From the IMG/VR virus record IMGVR_UViG_3300015263_000627: a stretch of 64,000 bases of DNA, one strand, 5' to 3'. Below the pieces are notes generated by a model. That model was given only the letters and a program-made list of their open reading frames with translations. It had not been told where the DNA came from and searched no databases. The number at the start of each line of letters is the position of its first letter. Position 1 is the stretch's first letter. Shown piece after piece: positions 1-10,012 of the stretch. The stretch comes from a virus. Position numbers and translations under genes: made by a program.

Positions 1-366
1 TTTGTTCCCAACCCATTCAATATGTTTGAAAAGGTCTATTATGACGATGTAAGTGGCAAATATCCAAAAGTAAATTTCGATAATTTGAAGGGTAAGATCG
101 TCAAACTTATCATCAAGAGCCAAACCAATAGTGATCAATATAATTGGTTTGTCAATCAAATTGAAGCTGCTGGACCATTGGAATTGGTGCCGGTGCAGGA
201 TCATCTGAATTTCGAAAATATTTCGGATGAAACCATTGTATCGGAAACGAAGGATACTTTGACCTTGATGAAAGAATACATTTCTCAATCCAATAATGTA
301 GTCAATTCATCCAAGCTGGACAAGCTTATAACTGAATTATATCATGAAGCAATGAGTGTGGAATGA
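1..366 (+). CDS. 47: Recombination endonuclease subunit gp47 (Mre11/SbcD-like), C-terminal part; 5' truncated by window
   Basis: Frame open from base 1; FVPNPFNMFEKVYYDD...KLIIK...LMKEYI...ELYHEA tail typical of gp47; upstream of gp46. Confidence 0.85.
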   Translation, partial: FVPNPFNMFEKVYYDDVSGKYPKVNFDNLKGKIVKLIIKSQTNSDQYNWFVNQIEAAGPLELVPVQDHLNFENISDETIVSETKDTLTLMKEYISQSNNVVNSSKLDKLITELYHEAMSVE

Positions 367-815
367 TTAAGCAAAAATTTGGTAAATGGATTATAATAGA
401 TAAAGCTCCCGATAGGAGAGGAGAAAAATATTGGCTATGTCAATGTGAATGTGGTAATACATCAGAAGTTTATGCATTTTCTTTGAAATATGGATCATCT
501 ACTCAATGTAAATCGTGTGCGAAAAAAGGCAAAGCTCCCCGCCTTACACATAATATGACACATAGTAGAGAATATGATAGTTGGCAAAGTATGAAAACTC
601 GTTGTTATAATTCTAATCATAAGTTTTATAATTATTATGGAGGTCGTGGAATACGAGTTTGTAGAAGATGGAAAAATAGTTTTGAGAATTTCTATGCTGA
701 TATGGGAAAACGTCCATTAGGTAGATCATTAGATCGAATTAATACCAATGGTAACTATGAACCTTCTAATTGTAAATGGGCTACTCCAAAAGAGCAAATG
801 AGAAATAGACGATGA
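363..815 (+). CDS. Free-standing HNH homing endonuclease
   Basis: WLCQCECG, MKTRCYN, YGGRGIRVC, SLDRINTNGNYEPSNCKWAT motifs; overlaps gp47 stop and gp46 start. Confidence 0.9.
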   Translation: MIKQKFGKWIIIDKAPDRRGEKYWLCQCECGNTSEVYAFSLKYGSSTQCKSCAKKGKAPRLTHNMTHSREYDSWQSMKTRCYNSNHKFYNYYGGRGIRVCRRWKNSFENFYADMGKRPLGRSLDRINTNGNYEPSNCKWATPKEQMRNRR

Positions 816-2524
816 AATTAATTCTGAAAAAGGTGAGATTTGCTAACTTTATGTCATTTGGCAATATGTGGACTGAAATTGACCTGAATACCCATCCTAC
901 TACTTTGATTGTCGGTAAGAACGGTAGCGGAAAATCGTCGGCTATTCTGGATACTATTTCTTTTGCTTTGTTCAATAAGCCATTCCGTAACATCCGGAAG
1001 CCGCAATTGACCAATTCAATAAACAACAAGAACTGCCTTGTCGAGTTATATTTCTCCGTCAACAACAACAATTTCAAGGTTGTTCGGGGTATTAAACCTG
1101 CCGTTTTCGAAATCTATAAGAATGAAGAATTGATCACGCAATCCGCCGATAACAGGGATTATCAGGATGCATTTGAGAAATATATCCTACGGGTCAATCA
1201 TAAGACATTTTGCCAGATTGTTATGCTTGGATCAGCTATATTCACCCCTTTTATGGGATTGCCTGCCCAAGCGCGACGTGATGTTATCGAGGATTTGCTT
1301 GACCTGAAAATCTTCTCGACAATGAATGTATTGTTGAAAACCCGCCTTTCTTCGAATGAAGCTACTTTATCATCTATCCAGACCGAAAAGCGCATTCTTA
1401 CCGAAAAGATAGAAATTACCCGGAAACATATTGCCGAAGCTTTGGAAGCAAAGCGAGTATCGATCCATGAAAAGGAAGAACAAATTAGTTCTCTTGAAAT
1501 GGAGCGACAGACACATAGTATCGATATTGCAGGCATTCAAAAACTAATCAGCGATCTTATCACTAATCTTGGGGATATAAAACACGTCAAAAAAACCAGC
1601 GACGAAATCAACAAATTGTATCATCAGTTGATACATAAGAGCGAATCGATCAAGAAAGAGATTGATTTTCTGACCAATGAAAAAAACTGTCCAACCTGCG
1701 AACAAGTTATCGATAATGACTTTCGAGAACGGAAAGTTGTGGAAAAAACCAAGACCTATGAAGAATTAAATAATGGTATTGCTCAATTGCTCAAGAAACA
1801 AGAGAATTTGAATAATAAGCTGACCCATATTGCCGAAATTCAGGCAAAAATTCAGGAATGGAATGATGTTATCAAGGAACACCGTTCCAAAATGGATGTT
1901 ATTGATATGCAAATCAAACATATCGAAACAGATATTGAGAATATAAGCAAGTCCAAGCGAGAGATTGATCTATCAGGTCTGGAAGGGATGATAAATCAGC
2001 TTGGGGATGTAAAGACCCATCTTGTTCAATTGGAAGATGATCAGAATATCATGGGATTTGCTGCCAATATGCTAAAGGATACCGGAATCAAGGCACGTAT
2101 TATCAAGATGTATATTTCGGTGATCAATACCCTTATTGCCAAATATCTAGCTGCTTTGGATTTCTTCGTTTCCTTTGAATTGGACGAGAATTTCAATGAA
2201 ACTATCAAGAGCCGGTTCCGGGACGAGTTTTCCTATATGTCTTTTTCGGAAGGGGAAAAGTGCCGCCTAAATATTGCTATATTGTTCGCATGGCGGGCAA
2301 TAGCCAAAATGAGGGGGTCAATCGACTGTAATTTGATCGTTTTGGACGAATTGTTCGATTCTTCCTTGGATTTGACCGGTATTGATGATATGATGAAGCT
2401 CTTAAATAACTTGACAAATAACGAGAATGTGTTTATAATAAGTCATCGTGAGGATCAGATTTCGGAAAAATTTGCCCGAGTAATTCGGTTCCAGAAAACC
2501 AAGAACTTTTCGGAGATAGGATGA
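812..2524 (+). CDS. 46: Recombination endonuclease ATPase subunit gp46 (Rad50/SbcC-like)
   Basis: Walker A GKNGSGKS, CPTC zinc hook, signature FSEGEK, Walker B LDELFD, ISH. Confidence 0.97.
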   Translation: MKLILKKVRFANFMSFGNMWTEIDLNTHPTTLIVGKNGSGKSSAILDTISFALFNKPFRNIRKPQLTNSINNKNCLVELYFSVNNNNFKVVRGIKPAVFEIYKNEELITQSADNRDYQDAFEKYILRVNHKTFCQIVMLGSAIFTPFMGLPAQARRDVIEDLLDLKIFSTMNVLLKTRLSSNEATLSSIQTEKRILTEKIEITRKHIAEALEAKRVSIHEKEEQISSLEMERQTHSIDIAGIQKLISDLITNLGDIKHVKKTSDEINKLYHQLIHKSESIKKEIDFLTNEKNCPTCEQVIDNDFRERKVVEKTKTYEELNNGIAQLLKKQENLNNKLTHIAEIQAKIQEWNDVIKEHRSKMDVIDMQIKHIETDIENISKSKREIDLSGLEGMINQLGDVKTHLVQLEDDQNIMGFAANMLKDTGIKARIIKMYISVINTLIAKYLAALDFFVSFELDENFNETIKSRFRDEFSYMSFSEGEKCRLNIAILFAWRAIAKMRGSIDCNLIVLDELFDSSLDLTGIDDMMKLLNNLTNNENVFIISHREDQISEKFARVIRFQKTKNFSEIG

Positions 2525-2697
2525 TAAAAACGCATGAAATCAGGGTCACCCTGTCTATCGATGGTAATAAGACAAGTATGAATCGGCTTGTAGATGATTT
2601 GGAAGTGAAAAACTCCTTAGTTGACGTAATAAAAGAACATACTAAACAAATGTTTGATGAAATAATCAAACATTGGGATGAAATAAAACATAACTGA
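2521..2697 (+). CDS. Hypothetical protein (58 aa)
   Basis: Translated by hand; ATGA overlap with gp46 stop. Confidence 0.55.
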   Translation: MIKTHEIRVTLSIDGNKTSMNRLVDDLEVKNSLVDVIKEHTKQMFDEIIKHWDEIKHN

Positions 2698-2698
2698 T

Positions 2699-2950
2699 AT
2701 GATATATACCATGACCCCCGATCCTCAACCAATATATTCCCGAAAAGCAATCAAAATCTTGCTCCGGAAAGGAGCTATTGGTTCACCCGAGGAATGGAAT
2801 AAGGCTTGTATTCTGGCATTACAGCATGATTGGAGAAAGGAAGAAATCCTCCGTATTCTTTGGTGGTGGAACCCATTCATGATTTTTCTTTATGCTGTAA
2901 TTTTCCTTCTTGTTGGAGCCGGATTAGTAAAATATTTTATAGGATGGTAA
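2699..2950 (+). CDS. Hypothetical membrane protein
   Basis: C-terminal hydrophobic helix; operon packing. Confidence 0.6.
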   Translation: MIYTMTPDPQPIYSRKAIKILLRKGAIGSPEEWNKACILALQHDWRKEEILRILWWWNPFMIFLYAVIFLLVGAGLVKYFIGW

Positions 2951-3048
2951 AGATGAAGTTATACGTGAAACTCATGGATATATCTATCCAGTATTTTTTG
3001 ATAATTCATTCCTTTTCGAAGCAACCCTAAAATTAATAAAGGCAGTAA

Positions 3049-3588
3049 ATGACTATACTACCAATTTTAACCAACGACATACTAAAGTTGACGAAACCCT
3101 CACAAGAATGGGATTTCAACAATCCACCTATGGATGCGGTTGAATTAGCTCGAAATCTAGCCGACACCATGCTCGATTCTAAGGGTCTTGGATTAGCAGC
3201 TATTCAAGTCGATATTCCCTATCGAGTTTTCGTAATGCGAGGATTAGTCAACGAAAAAGGGGCGTTGGAAATTTTTTGTTTTTTCAACCCCCGGATCGTC
3301 ATGCCATCAACCGAGCAAGTAAAGCTGGAAGAAGGGTGTCTTTCTTTTCCCGGTCTTGTTGTTGAAATAAAACGCCCCCGCGATGTTAGGTTCCGATTTA
3401 CCTTACCTAATGGGGAAACAGATACTAAATTATTCACCGGTATGACCGCCCGAGTGATTCAGCATGAAATGGATCATCTGGATGGTCTTTTGTTTTATAA
3501 CAGAGCCAACAAATACAAGCGCAACAAAGCCTTCAAAGAACAGGCTAAATTCATGAAATTTCAAGCTTCAAGAAAGGAACTTGTATAA
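3049..3588 (+). CDS. def: Peptide deformylase
   Basis: GLGLAAIQ, EEGCLS, QHEMDHLDG motifs. Confidence 0.97.
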   Translation: MTILPILTNDILKLTKPSQEWDFNNPPMDAVELARNLADTMLDSKGLGLAAIQVDIPYRVFVMRGLVNEKGALEIFCFFNPRIVMPSTEQVKLEEGCLSFPGLVVEIKRPRDVRFRFTLPNGETDTKLFTGMTARVIQHEMDHLDGLLFYNRANKYKRNKAFKEQAKFMKFQASRKELV

Positions 3589-3845
3589 TGAAGAAAAATG
3601 ATTTGAGGGAAGTAAATAATCTAATTTCTCAATTAGCAATGGCTGAAAATGATTTACGAATGGTGAACGAAGGAATGTCTAAAAAAGGCGATGAATTTTT
3701 ATTATCCGATTCGTTTGGTATTCCTTCATCTATGGTGCATTATGCGCCCCATAATGAATTTGGGGAATTTATTATCCCTTATATTAAAAAAAATATTAAT
3801 AAATTGAAGGAAGAATTACACAAATTTGGTATAGAGGATGCCTAA
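3588..3845 (+). CDS. Hypothetical protein
   Basis: TAATG coupling to def. Confidence 0.6.
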   Translation: MKKNDLREVNNLISQLAMAENDLRMVNEGMSKKGDEFLLSDSFGIPSSMVHYAPHNEFGEFIIPYIKKNINKLKEELHKFGIEDA

Positions 3846-3956
3846 ATAGAGTTTGATATACTATGATAATCGTGAAGGTCTAACTAAAAGAGGTATTCAA
3901 GTGCAATATGTCAAAAAGACACCTGTTAGACCTAATGCCTTTCCTACAAAAGTCGC

Positions 3957-4184
3957 ATGTCCACCTCCGAGATAAAGGAATATAAAATGATATTACATGA
4001 TCCAAATTATGATCTTGTGGAATATCATCCTTTACCTAAAAAAAGGGGACAACAATGTGGCAAATGTGGAATGAAATTTGAGTATGATAAAAGTTATGGT
4101 TATTGGTGTGCTGAAATTGATTGTCCAATGGGTTATGGATCATCCCCTGTTTTTTCGGAGGAAAATAATCCATCTGGATGTTAA
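3957..4184 (+). CDS. Hypothetical Cys-rich protein
   Basis: CGKC...C...CP possible zinc ligands. Confidence 0.45.
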   Translation: MSTSEIKEYKMILHDPNYDLVEYHPLPKKRGQQCGKCGMKFEYDKSYGYWCAEIDCPMGYGSSPVFSEENNPSGC

Positions 4185-4249
4185 CATGAAACTGCACACT
4201 AACTCTATCAATGTTAGTGTGCAGTTTAATAATAAGAATGGAGTAAATT

Positions 4250-5119
4250 ATGCCACAAATCAAAGTCCCTATGTCAGAGTTACAAAAAGACAAAATATTT
4301 CTAGCTACCCCTTGTTATGGTGGAATGTGTGGAGGAATGTTTGCTAAATCTGTTGCTGATTTATCTTCATTATGCACTCGATTTCAAATTCCCCTTCAAA
4401 TTTATTTTCTATTCAATGAAAGTTTGATTACTCGCGCTCGAAATTATGCATGTGATGAATTTATGCGTTCGGGAGCTTCTCATTTGGTTTTTATTGATGC
4501 TGATATTGGATTTGATGCTAATGATGTTATTGGAATGGTTGCTCTCCAGCGTCAAAATTCTTCCTATGATATTATGGGTGGACCATATCCCAAGAAAACT
4601 ATTTCATGGGAAAAAATAAAAATAGCTGTTGATAAAGGAAAAGCTGATAATAATCCCAATGATCTTGAAAAATATGTTGGAGATTATGTTTTCAATCCCA
4701 AAAGCGGACAAAATCAAATTTCTATTGTTGATCCTGTTGAAGTGTTAGAAGTTGGAACTGGATTTATGTCGATTCAAAGATCAGCTATGCAAAAATTTGT
4801 CGAACAGTATCCACAATATATGTATCGTCCTGATCATGTTCGAACTCAACATTTTGATGGTAGTCGAGAAATCATGCAATTTTTTCAAGCTGAAATCGAC
4901 TCAAAATCCAAACGATATTTATCAGAAGATTATTGGTTTTGTCAAAAAGCACAGGCAATAAATCTCCGCACATGGTTATGTCCATGGATAAAATTAAACC
5001 ATACTGGAACCTATGTGTTTGGGGGATCATTATTTGATTTGGCTCAAATTCAGGCTCCCGCTACGGCTGATGCTGCGTTATTGAAGAAAAATAATGAAAA
5101 TATAAAACCTACCAATTAA
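4250..5119 (+). CDS. GT-A fold glycosyltransferase-like protein
   Basis: FLATPCYGG, SLITRARN, FIDADIGF (DxD), VGTGFM, LSEDYWFC, LNHTG. Confidence 0.7.
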   Translation: MPQIKVPMSELQKDKIFLATPCYGGMCGGMFAKSVADLSSLCTRFQIPLQIYFLFNESLITRARNYACDEFMRSGASHLVFIDADIGFDANDVIGMVALQRQNSSYDIMGGPYPKKTISWEKIKIAVDKGKADNNPNDLEKYVGDYVFNPKSGQNQISIVDPVEVLEVGTGFMSIQRSAMQKFVEQYPQYMYRPDHVRTQHFDGSREIMQFFQAEIDSKSKRYLSEDYWFCQKAQAINLRTWLCPWIKLNHTGTYVFGGSLFDLAQIQAPATADAALLKKNNENIKPTN

Positions 5120-5126
5120 AGAACGC

Positions 5127-5155
5127 TTGACTTAGGTAGGATAGTGTGATATTAT
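5127..5155 (+). promoter_or_regulatory. sigma70-type promoter for gp45 operon
   Basis: TTGACT-17 nt-TATTAT. Confidence 0.75.
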
Positions 5156-5187
5156 AGACGATATCATTATAGATTATGGAGATGTGA

Positions 5188-5856
5188 ATGCAATTAACGC
5201 CGCGAACGTTGGCTATCCTGAAAAATTTTGTATATTTAAATCCCGGGATTGTTTTTAAACCCGGGATAGAAATCAGTACAGGAACGGTAACCATGGATGT
5301 GGTTGCCTTGGCGCAGTCAGAAAACAAATTTATAAAACAATTTGCTATTTCTGACCTTTCCCAATTTTTACAAGTAATGTCCTCATTTTCTAATCCTGAG
5401 TTGGAATTTGATGAAAAGGTCCTTTTTATTCGGGAAGGGGAAAAAGAAATTCGTTATACTTATGGGGATGAACAAAGCATCAAAACTCCCCCCGGCAAAT
5501 CCATCAATATGCCGAAAATTCTTGCATCATTTTCCTTGACGGAATCCGAGCTAACAGGATTGACCCGGATAGCAGGTGTTATGCATTTTACTGAAATTGC
5601 TATTGTTAGTGATAAGAAAAAATTGACCCTGCAAGCATTGGATATGAAAAATCCCACCGGGAACATCTATAAACAAAAATGCACTAATGGGGAAGGAACA
5701 AGCAAATTCATTAGTGCCTTTGCGGCTGAGAAAATCAATCTTCTAATGTCAATGGATTATAATGTAACAATAGGCAAGGGAGTTGCCGAGTTCAAGGGTA
5801 AGGATGTTACCTATTGGATTGCTCCGCAAGCAAAGTTTTCAACATATGAAGATTAA
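5188..5856 (+). CDS. 45: Sliding clamp gp45
   Basis: TLAILKNF..NPGI, FAISDLSQFL, YWIA; precedes gp44/gp62. Confidence 0.93.
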   Translation: MQLTPRTLAILKNFVYLNPGIVFKPGIEISTGTVTMDVVALAQSENKFIKQFAISDLSQFLQVMSSFSNPELEFDEKVLFIREGEKEIRYTYGDEQSIKTPPGKSINMPKILASFSLTESELTGLTRIAGVMHFTEIAIVSDKKKLTLQALDMKNPTGNIYKQKCTNGEGTSKFISAFAAEKINLLMSMDYNVTIGKGVAEFKGKDVTYWIAPQAKFSTYED

Positions 5857-5859
5857 AAA

Positions 5860-6243
5860 ATGAAAAAAATTGAAATTGGTTTGAATACAGCGGTTGATTT
5901 TTTCCACACTTTGAATCAAAAGGCTGGATGGTGGGATGATCCGGAAACGGGTGAAAGTCTTCGAACAAATCCATATGTTATCGGAACCAAATTAGGTCTA
6001 ATTCATTCGGAAATATCCGAAGCATTGGAAGCGTATCGCAAGGATACTATGGATGATCATTTACCGAATCGAAGGGGGGTCGCTGTTGAATTAGCCGATG
6101 CCTTTATTCGATTGTTTGATATTTGCGGAGTATTGGGTATCGATAATATCGGAACTGTTATTATAGAAAAACACAATTACAACCAAAAGAGAGCCGATCA
6201 CAAGGTAGATAATCGTCGCAAAAAGGGTGGAAAGAAATTCTAA
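5860..6243 (+). CDS. MazG-like NTP pyrophosphohydrolase
   Basis: LIHSEISEALEA...ELADAFIR acidic helical motif. Confidence 0.8.
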   Translation: MKKIEIGLNTAVDFFHTLNQKAGWWDDPETGESLRTNPYVIGTKLGLIHSEISEALEAYRKDTMDDHLPNRRGVAVELADAFIRLFDICGVLGIDNIGTVIIEKHNYNQKRADHKVDNRRKKGGKKF

Positions 6244-6485
6244 TGATTTCTATATGTAAAAATTGCAGGTTTCATGAAAAAGTTTCAAGCTATGTCGGAG
6301 TACCATTTCACCATTGTTTACATCCATTTTTACGAAAAACAGATATAGTAACAGGTGAAAAAGTTGCAACTGGATCACTTAATTGTTATGATGTAAGAGC
6401 TAACAAAGATAAGTGTGGTCTAACAGGTAAATGGTATGAATCAAAAAGTGGGTTTAAATTTGGGGGTACGATACTACATGAATAA
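6243..6485 (+). CDS. Hypothetical Cys/His protein
   Basis: CKNC...HHC...C...C; coupled to neighbours. Confidence 0.55.
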   Translation: MISICKNCRFHEKVSSYVGVPFHHCLHPFLRKTDIVTGEKVATGSLNCYDVRANKDKCGLTGKWYESKSGFKFGGTILHE

Positions 6486-7413
6486 AGATTTTGTATGGGC
6501 TGAAAAATATCGTCCTGCTACAATAGATGAATGTATTCTTCCCAAAGAATTGAAAGAAACCTTTCATTCTTTTGTAAAAAACGGCGATATTCCCAATCTA
6601 TTGTTGATTGGTCCCCCGGGTTGTGGAAAAACCACCATTGCCATTGCCATGCTCAAAGAACTTGAGTGTGATTATATGGTTATTGACGGATCGCTTAAGG
6701 GGGATATGGATACCCTTCGAAATGAGATTGCTAATTTTGCTTCGACTGTCTCGTTTGTCGGCAAGCGCAAGTATATTATTCTGGATGAAGCGGATTATAT
6801 CAATTGGCGCACCCAACCAGCATTGCGAAATTTTACCGAGACTTATAGCTCGAATTGTGGGTTTATCCTGACGTGTAATTACGCTAACCGCATTCTAAAG
6901 GAACTACGTTCGCGTTGTGCTAATATTGAGTTTACCATTGCCAAGGATGAACGTCCAGTTCTGGCTAAACAATTCCTGAAACGTTTGACCCAAATCCTTG
7001 ATGCCGAGGGGGTAAAATACGATAAGACTACATTGGTTGAAGTGATCACCAAGTATTTCCCCGATTGGCGGCGAATGCTCAATGAAATTCAGCGTTATGC
7101 CGTTAACGGTAAAATTGATTATGGTATTCTTACTAGCCTATCATCTATTTCAATCAAGGAATTGGTTGGATATATGAAGAATAAGGATTTTACCAAAGTA
7201 AGGCAATGGGCGGCAGAAAATTTGGCTAATGATTCTCAATCTATTTTCCGAGAGTTTTACAATGAAGCTTCAGTTTATTTTGAACCTTCCTATATTCCGG
7301 AATTAGTTGTTACCCTTGCCAAGTATCAACATCAGGCTTTGTTTAGTGCCGATCAGGAAATCAACCTTGCAGCCTTTTTGGTTGAAGTTATGGTAGAGGC
7401 GATCTGGAAATGA
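6478..7413 (+). CDS. 44: Clamp loader large subunit gp44
   Basis: WAEKYRP, GPPGCGKTT, ILDEAD, LRSRC; start moved to ATG 6478. Confidence 0.97.
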   Translation: MNKDFVWAEKYRPATIDECILPKELKETFHSFVKNGDIPNLLLIGPPGCGKTTIAIAMLKELECDYMVIDGSLKGDMDTLRNEIANFASTVSFVGKRKYIILDEADYINWRTQPALRNFTETYSSNCGFILTCNYANRILKELRSRCANIEFTIAKDERPVLAKQFLKRLTQILDAEGVKYDKTTLVEVITKYFPDWRRMLNEIQRYAVNGKIDYGILTSLSSISIKELVGYMKNKDFTKVRQWAAENLANDSQSIFREFYNEASVYFEPSYIPELVVTLAKYQHQALFSADQEINLAAFLVEVMVEAIWK

Positions 7414-7787
7414 CAGAACCATTTGACTATTTGAACAGTATAATGTTCAAGAAAGAATACTTGATGGATGATGAAGATAACGAAAAAAAGTATCCTCCAT
7501 TCATGGTCAATCGTGGTTTGTCTCAACATATTGATTGTTTACTTTTTTCCAATGAAATGAATATTCATTATGATTTGGATAATAAATTGCAATATGATTA
7601 CCTGTATCATTCTATTCGCAAGATGCATCGTAAGCTTGGAAAATGGGCAAAACGTCCGGATGATGATATTGTAGGAGTAATATCGAAATATTTCAAGGTC
7701 AATATCCGTCGAGCAAGAGAATTTGCATCTCTAATGACAGAGAAACAAAAACGTGAAGTCATGATGAAGGGAGAAACAAATGGCTGA
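7410..7787 (+). CDS. 62: Clamp loader small subunit gp62
   Basis: PFDYLNSI, YPPFMVNRGLS, QYDYL; follows gp44. Confidence 0.93.
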   Translation: MTEPFDYLNSIMFKKEYLMDDEDNEKKYPPFMVNRGLSQHIDCLLFSNEMNIHYDLDNKLQYDYLYHSIRKMHRKLGKWAKRPDDDIVGVISKYFKVNIRRAREFASLMTEKQKREVMMKGETNG

Positions 7788-8046
7788 AAATGAAACTGAT
7801 AAACTTTTGGCAGCATTCGCAGGCTTGTTTTTGCTTCCATTTATATTGTTCTTTGCTACGATAATTGGAACCGTAGCAGGAGCAATTGGAGGATGGGCTG
7901 TTGGTTTATTCTATGGGGATACTATTCTTTTTATTCTGAACCAATTGGGTGTCCATGGAGTAACCATGGGACAATTCGGAGCCTTTTTGGGATTTGTGGG
8001 GGGATTTTTCAAATCAGTATATATGTTTAGAAATCCTAAAAAATAA
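7780..8046 (+). CDS. Hypothetical membrane protein
   Basis: Gly-rich hydrophobic helices. Confidence 0.6.
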   Translation: MAENETDKLLAAFAGLFLLPFILFFATIIGTVAGAIGGWAVGLFYGDTILFILNQLGVHGVTMGQFGAFLGFVGGFFKSVYMFRNPKK

Positions 8047-8555
8047 TGAATTTTCGAAAAGCTAATCTGGACGATATTGACGATATCCTTCGTTTGGAAA
8101 GACTTGGTTTTGGAGAGCATCGATTTTCTCGTAATGCCCTTCGAAACCAGTTGAAATCCAAGAGCGTTGATGTTTTGGTAGCCGAAGATTTCAAAACAAT
8201 AGGATTTACTAAACAATATAGTAATTCTAAATTTAGTATTGTTCCATCCAAGGTTTTTAGAAGTGAAAAATGTATTGGATATGTAAGTGTTTTCTATAGG
8301 TCCAATAGTTCCAAGGCTCTAATAGCCTCAATTACGGTTGATCCAGCTTATAGACATAAAGGAATAGCCACAAAATTGATGGAAAAAGCTATAATATATG
8401 CTTATGACCGGGATATTACCCAAATCAAGCTACAGGTAGCCAAAACCAATACCAATGCTATAAAGATAAATACTAAGTTCGATTTCAAAATTGAAAAAAC
8501 ATTATCGAATTATTATGGTAAAGGAAAATCTGCTTACCTGATGGTCAAGAATTAG
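8046..8555 (+). CDS. GNAT (RimI-like) N-acetyltransferase
   Basis: IASITVDPAYRHKGIATKLM acetyl-CoA motif; LQVAKTNTNA; NYYG. Confidence 0.85.
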   Translation: MNFRKANLDDIDDILRLERLGFGEHRFSRNALRNQLKSKSVDVLVAEDFKTIGFTKQYSNSKFSIVPSKVFRSEKCIGYVSVFYRSNSSKALIASITVDPAYRHKGIATKLMEKAIIYAYDRDITQIKLQVAKTNTNAIKINTKFDFKIEKTLSNYYGKGKSAYLMVKN

Positions 8556-8564
8556 GAGAGAAAA

Positions 8565-8723
8565 ATGGAACCACTTGTTGGATTAATAGTAGCAGTTGCT
8601 TGGCTAATTGGAACCATTTGGTTATTCAAGGAACAACATTGGGGATGGGGAATTGCCGGAATATTTATTCCTATCATTTCTATTATCTATCTAGTATATC
8701 GGTATTTACCAAAGGGAACCTAA
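8565..8723 (+). CDS. Small membrane protein (52 aa)
   Basis: GGAG RBS; two hydrophobic helices; hand-translated. Confidence 0.6.
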   Translation: MEPLVGLIVAVAWLIGTIWLFKEQHWGWGIAGIFIPIISIIYLVYRYLPKGT

Positions 8724-8724
8724 G

Positions 8725-9135
8725 ATGAAATTTTTAGTATATGGAATACTCGCTCTATTTTTAGGAACTGGTTTAGTTTATGCGGCTCCGACTTCTGAAA
8801 AAGAAAAACCAATAACCCAAGAATTGAAACCCGGGGAAAAACCTTTAGAAGATCAAGGAAAAGATGGAATTATCATTTATTCTGTTCCGACTAAGGTTAC
8901 CTGTATGACTAAAGAGGATGGGGATAATTTTGTAAAATACAGTATGTTGCAACCATATTTTGTTGCTAAGTCAAATAATCAAGCGTTTTTAGTAATGGTA
9001 AATCCTGTTAATAAAACATGGGCAATAATGATTGTTCCTGAGCCGGGAAAACAAACTATGATTTGTATAGCAGGAGGGGGTACTGGTTTTGCAATCAATC
9101 CTGATGGAGCAAAAGAAACTAATGAAACAAAATAA
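8725..9135 (+). CDS. Hypothetical exported protein
   Basis: Signal peptide ending VYA-AP. Confidence 0.65.
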   Translation: MKFLVYGILALFLGTGLVYAAPTSEKEKPITQELKPGEKPLEDQGKDGIIIYSVPTKVTCMTKEDGDNFVKYSMLQPYFVAKSNNQAFLVMVNPVNKTWAIMIVPEPGKQTMICIAGGGTGFAINPDGAKETNETK

Positions 9136-9322
9136 TTGGCGACCTCTTGATATCAAGAATTTTCTCCCCGGAATGTATTATGATTTCAAAATGAAGGATA
9201 ATACAATAATTGAGGGGGGTATGTTCAAAGGTGGGAAATTCGGCAATCGATATGGTCTTCCAATCGGTAAACCCCGATTTTTCCGATATCAAAAATTCGT
9301 CGTTCAGGAACTTAAGATATGA
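9122..9322 (+). CDS. Hypothetical protein
   Basis: Overlapping start; operon packing. Confidence 0.45.
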   Translation: MKQNNWRPLDIKNFLPGMYYDFKMKDNTIIEGGMFKGGKFGNRYGLPIGKPRFFRYQKFVVQELKI

Positions 9323-9534
9323 TCGATAAAAGGGTCTTAAAACTATTAGAGGAATATCTTCAAAATCCTGACCTTTCGGATGATATTCGGGAACATTATC
9401 AAAAATTCGTAAAAATGGTGCAGGAAAACAAGCCTCTACCTACGGGGAAACGCCTAAAGGTTAGAAATAAGCTGTAGAATAAATACTATACTGGCTATGT
9501 CGCTCATATAATAATAAAAAGAATGGAGTGAAAA

Positions 9535-9945
9535 ATGAATGAAACTGACAGTTTATTTCGAGGTTATGGAATTGAAGTTATCCTACCTGACGATCAAGCA
9601 TTTCTAAAAATCCGAGAAACATTACAACGTATTGGCGTTGCTTCCCGTAAAGATAAGACTTTGTATCAATCTGCTCATATTCTACATAAACAGGGACAAT
9701 ATGCGATTCTACATTTTAAGGAATTGTTTGCTCTGGATGGAAAGAAAACCGATTTTTCGGAAGATGATCGCCAACGTCGAAACGCGATTGCGTCACTTTT
9801 GGAAGAATGGAATTTGGTCAAGATTAAAAACCCTGACCTAGTAATTGACAAGGCTCCGATGAGTCATATCAAGGTAGTCCGTTACAAGGAAAAAAACGAT
9901 TGGGTTTTAAAGTGTAAATATTCCGTAGGAAGGAAAAAAGTCTGA
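9535..9945 (+). CDS. regA: Translational repressor RegA
   Basis: FLKIRETLQRIGVAS, YQSAHILHKQGQYAILHFKELFALDG, RRNAIASLLEEW. Confidence 0.96.
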   Translation: MNETDSLFRGYGIEVILPDDQAFLKIRETLQRIGVASRKDKTLYQSAHILHKQGQYAILHFKELFALDGKKTDFSEDDRQRRNAIASLLEEWNLVKIKNPDLVIDKAPMSHIKVVRYKEKNDWVLKCKYSVGRKKV

Positions 9946-10012
9946 TGGTCTTGGGATCGCCACGGCTTCTAATCTGTATGGCAGACGGGTTCGAATCCCG
10001 TATCAGACGCCA
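9940..10012 (+). tRNA. Atypical tRNA / tRNA-like RNA (loop CUUCUAAU; degenerate Arg-UCU or 4-nt UCUA anticodon)
   Basis: 7-bp acceptor GTCTGAT/ATCAGAC + G + CCA; T arm ACGGG-TTCGAAT-CCCGT; reduced D arm; 8-nt anticodon loop. Confidence 0.65.

Noticed and set aside
9940-10012. tRNA-Pyl assignment
   Set aside because: Shares G73, a small D loop and a long anticodon stem, but has a canonical TTC T loop and an 8-nt loop; no pyl genes seen.
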